Shown one piece after another: positions 61,231 through 64,000 of a DNA stretch of 64,000 nt (the first letter of the stretch is position 1; the number at the start of each line of letters is the position of its first letter). The stretch spans positions 128,001 through 192,000 of the forward strand of contig CAXXWX010000026.1 in assembly GCA_963675745.2 (NCBI GenBank). The letters run 5' to 3'. The notes under the pieces are model-generated. The model saw nothing but the letters and a program-made list of their open reading frames with translations, had not been told where the DNA came from and made no database searches. Made by a program: the position numbers and the translations under genes. The stretch is from Phycisphaerae bacterium (GTDB lineage: Bacteria > Planctomycetota > Phycisphaerae > UBA1845 > Fen-1342).

Positions 61231-61782
61231 CTACGCCTGTGACGGGCCACCGGTGCCGACTGACGAACGCCAATGCTGCAGCAGCGTGATGATCGCCCAG
61301 ATGGTCGCGATGATATAGGTTGCCACCGCGCTGTAGACGAACGACCACATCAGTCCCGAACGTTCCGCCGCGGCCAGCCCCCACAGCCGTTCGATCGAGG
61401 TCGCCATCGAGACCGCGTAGTACACGAAGAAAATGATCGTGAAACACGCGAAGAAGTGGCGATCGAGCAGGCGAAACTCTGGTTTCGATTCGAGCCACGT
61501 CTCCCAGCTCGGCGTGTTCGACAGGCGCGGCTCGATCTCCTCCCGCATGAAGCGGCCGGCGCGCACCATCTGGTGGTGTTGCGCCAGAAACAGCATGATG
61601 AGCACGAGCATGAAGAACGGCAGCACAAGCCAGACCAGTGCGTCGGTGTCCCATGTCACGTAGGTCATCGTCGGTACGCCCAGCAATCCGATGATCACCG
61701 TCCAGAAAAGACGCACCTGTAGACCTTCAATCTCTCGGCGAATGGACGCGAACTGGTCTCTCAGGAATTGATTGTCTTCCAT
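61231..61782 (-). CDS. Hypothetical 4-TM membrane protein
   Basis: It has an AGGAGG SD, an N-terminal QFASIRREI helix, four hydrophobic segments and an RAGRFMREEIEP..WETW loop. Confidence 0.8.
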   Translation of the reverse strand: MEDNQFLRDQFASIRREIEGLQVRLFWTVIIGLLGVPTMTYVTWDTDALVWLVLPFFMLVLIMLFLAQHHQMVRAGRFMREEIEPRLSNTPSWETWLESKPEFRLLDRHFFACFTIIFFVYYAVSMATSIERLWGLAAAERSGLMWSFVYSAVATYIIATIWAIITLLQHWRSSVGTGGPSQA

Positions 61783-61943
61783 CGTCTGCCTCCTGTGACG
61801 GACGTTGTGGTGCCGATTCGTTACCGGCAAGATGTGCCCATGCGCGAATCCTACAACCGGCGGCCCGCTGTCGCCACCGGCGCATCATCTTCTGATGCCG
61901 CGCCGAGGGACTTTCTGGTGGCCAATGATGTGCGAATCCGTGT

Positions 61944-63329
61944 TCAGCGCAGCGGCGACGGCTCGGATGGCAGACAACCGCCGTTCGAGAGGATCACCTG
62001 CTGATACCACGAATACGAGTCCTTGGGGATGCGTTCCAGGGTCTCGAAATCCACGTAGATCAGCCCAAAACGCATGCGATACCCTTCCGCCCACTCAAAA
62101 TTGTCGAGAATCGACCAGTGGAAGTAACCGCGAACGTCGATACCGTCGGCAATCGCCCGGCGCAGCGCCACCAGGTAGCGTGCGGTGAAGTCGATGCGCG
62201 GCGCGTCATGCACGTGCCCATCCACGTGTACCCAGTCCATCGCGGCGCACCCGTTTTCCGTGATGTAGATCGGCAGGCGATAACGCTCGTGCAGGAAACG
62301 CGGCCCCCAATACAGCACCAGTGGATCGACCGGCCAGTGCGACATTGTCTGCGGGTATCCACGCGGCCGCGCCGACTCGCACGGCTCACCCGCGCCCGGC
62401 GTCGATGCCGTCGGAATCCCCTGGTAGATATTCACGCCGAAGAAGTCCAGCGGTTGGCTGATCAGCGTCAGGTCGCGCTCAAAGCCTGTCGGCATCTCAT
62501 GGCCGAAGTGCTGCAAGCCGCTTGCGGGGTACTCTCCGAGCACCACGGGGTCGGAATACCATGTGCTCGAGAAGCACCAGCCGGGTTTGCCCGAGACGCT
62601 CTCAAAAGCATGGCGGGCGGTCGCGACATCAGCCTCCGCCGATGTCGCCGGATACGGAATGGCCCCGTGTGGTGCCCAGCCGATCTGTGGCGAAAGCGTC
62701 GCCGTCGAGCGTATCACCTGCACCGCTCGGCCATGGGCCATCAGGGCATGATGAATCCCACGCAGCACATGTGGCTGGTCATAGCGCATTCCCGGTGCGT
62801 GTATGCCCGTTTCATGGCCCAGCCCCATGAAGCACTGCGGCTCGTTGAGGGTCATCCAGTGCTGGACACGGTCTCCCAACCGTTCGACGACCACGCGCGT
62901 GTAGTCACCGAACCAATCGACGACCTGCCGGTTCAGCCAACCGCCGCGCCGAAACAGCGTCTCCGGGAAATCCCAGTGAAAGAGCGTAATCCAGGGCGTA
63001 ATGCCGCGGCTCAGCAACGCGTCCACGACTCGATCGTAAAAATCCAGTCCGGCAGCCGAAGCTGTGCCCGTCCCGTCCGGCAGAACGCGCGACCAGCTCA
63101 CGGAGAGGCGATAGGCCTTGGCCCCCAGGTCCGCGATCAGAGCCACATCCTCGGGATAGCGGTGATAGTGATCGCACGCGACCTCGCCGGTGTGGCCGCC
63201 AAAAACCGCTCCCGGACGTGCGGAGAACGCATCCCAGACCGACGGGCTGCGGCCATCAGCCTCGACAGCGCCCTCGATCTGATAGGCGGCGGCCGCAACG
63301 CCCCATAAAAATCCATTTGGGAAGCTCAT
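61944..63329 (-). CDS. GH1 beta-glucosidase
   Basis: It has FLWGVAAAAYQIEG, ACDHYHRY, TLFHWD, the TLNEP acid/base and ITENG nucleophile motifs, and WSILDNFEWAEGY. Confidence 0.96.
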   Translation of the reverse strand: MSFPNGFLWGVAAAAYQIEGAVEADGRSPSVWDAFSARPGAVFGGHTGEVACDHYHRYPEDVALIADLGAKAYRLSVSWSRVLPDGTGTASAAGLDFYDRVVDALLSRGITPWITLFHWDFPETLFRRGGWLNRQVVDWFGDYTRVVVERLGDRVQHWMTLNEPQCFMGLGHETGIHAPGMRYDQPHVLRGIHHALMAHGRAVQVIRSTATLSPQIGWAPHGAIPYPATSAEADVATARHAFESVSGKPGWCFSSTWYSDPVVLGEYPASGLQHFGHEMPTGFERDLTLISQPLDFFGVNIYQGIPTASTPGAGEPCESARPRGYPQTMSHWPVDPLVLYWGPRFLHERYRLPIYITENGCAAMDWVHVDGHVHDAPRIDFTARYLVALRRAIADGIDVRGYFHWSILDNFEWAEGYRMRFGLIYVDFETLERIPKDSYSWYQQVILSNGGCLPSEPSPLR

Positions 63330-63367
63330 AAAAGGCTGCCTCGCAAGTGTGGTGAACACATCGACTT

Positions 63368-63380
63368 TGTTTCAGAAACA
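63368..63380. promoter_or_regulatory. Candidate operator palindrome TGTTTC-A-GAAACA
   Basis: A perfect palindrome between the divergent GH1 and LacI genes. A related TTGTTTCGTGAACAA lies at 63500-63514 and a GAAACA half-site at about 63518. Confidence 0.55.
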
Positions 63381-63540
63381 CATGTGCCAGTTTAGCGACT
63401 TGAGCAACACCAATCAAGGTCGTTTGCCACAATACTCTCGGAAAACACCTTGCAAATGGCTATTATTTGAGTTACCCTGAAGGCATGAGCGGATCAGAAT
63501 TGTTTCGTGAACAACCTGAAACAACACCGGATATGTAACA

Positions 63541-64000
63541 ATGGGTACGGCAACCGTTCGAGGCATTGCGGGCAAGCTGGGCGTCTCACCGGCGACTGTC
63601 TCGCGCTCACTGAACAACTCCCCCGATGTTAGCGAGCCCGTCCGCGCGAAGGTGCTCGCCGAAGCGCGCCGCGTGGGGTACGAATTCGTCCGCAAACCCC
63701 CTCGTACGGGTCGCGTCGGCCTGCTCTTCTTTGATGAAACGACCGGGCCACGGTACAGCGGATATGACGCGCTGGTGTGGGGTAGCGTGACGCGGGCCGC
63801 GTTATCGCTGCATTATGACGTGTGCACACTCAACCCCCTCGATCGCAAGCCGGAGGAATCGTTCGGCGCGTTTGCGACGCGCAAGGGTGTTGAGGGATTG
63901 CTTGTACGCGTGGATGAAGGGTCTCGGCATGTGGCGCTGGAGATCGCCGCCGATGGCGTGCCCCACGTCGTGATTGCCGACCGCTTTGATGATGAGCGTG
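63541..64000 (+). CDS. LacI-family transcriptional regulator, 3'-truncated by the window edge (absent from the ORF track)
   Basis: Manual translation gives MGTATVRGIAGKLGVSPATVSRSLNNSPDVSEPVRAKVLAEARRVGY, a LacI HTH. The frame is open to the window end. Confidence 0.92.
   Translation, partial: MGTATVRGIAGKLGVSPATVSRSLNNSPDVSEPVRAKVLAEARRVGYEFVRKPPRTGRVGLLFFDETTGPRYSGYDALVWGSVTRAALSLHYDVCTLNPLDRKPEESFGAFATRKGVEGLLVRVDEGSRHVALEIAADGVPHVVIADRFDDER

Overview
GC-rich bacterial DNA, most likely Planctomycetota of the Phycisphaerae type. This is inferred from the TIGR02999-like ECF sigma factor, C-terminal dockerin-like/EF-hand tags, a PEP-CTERM protein and a CxxCGYDLRG zinc-ribbon membrane protein. 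No rRNA, tRNA, CRISPR array or transposase was seen. Main content in order: the 3' part of transketolase; large secreted multidomain proteins; a minus-strand signalling/proteolysis cluster; a GntR-serine hydrolase operon; an RND efflux locus; a damaged gapN; a giant lipoprotein multiheme cytochrome c; a fragmented ~2,100-aa surface protein; an MttB-family/corrinoid pair; glycoside hydrolases; and a LacI regulator. The cluster runs ECF sigma, unannotated 31-aa peptide, exported TPR-CHAT protease with a PDZ insert, membrane Ser/Thr kinase, second TPR-CHAT(PDZ) paralog, S8 protease. The cytochrome has 46 CxxCH motifs by manual count and five near-identical 585-bp repeats. The surface protein combines FN3-like repeats with a C-type lectin domain. 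The best candidate for an undescribed system is the ECF/peptide/CHAT-PDZ/kinase cluster: both proteases and the kinase ectodomain share an RG[TI]E[MV]xH motif, and the peptide ends in a PDZ-ligand-like F-S-V. Several indels and a 101-bp duplication suggest assembly errors, so pseudogene calls and repeat copy numbers need read-level checks. All domain calls come from reading motifs by eye; no database searches were run.
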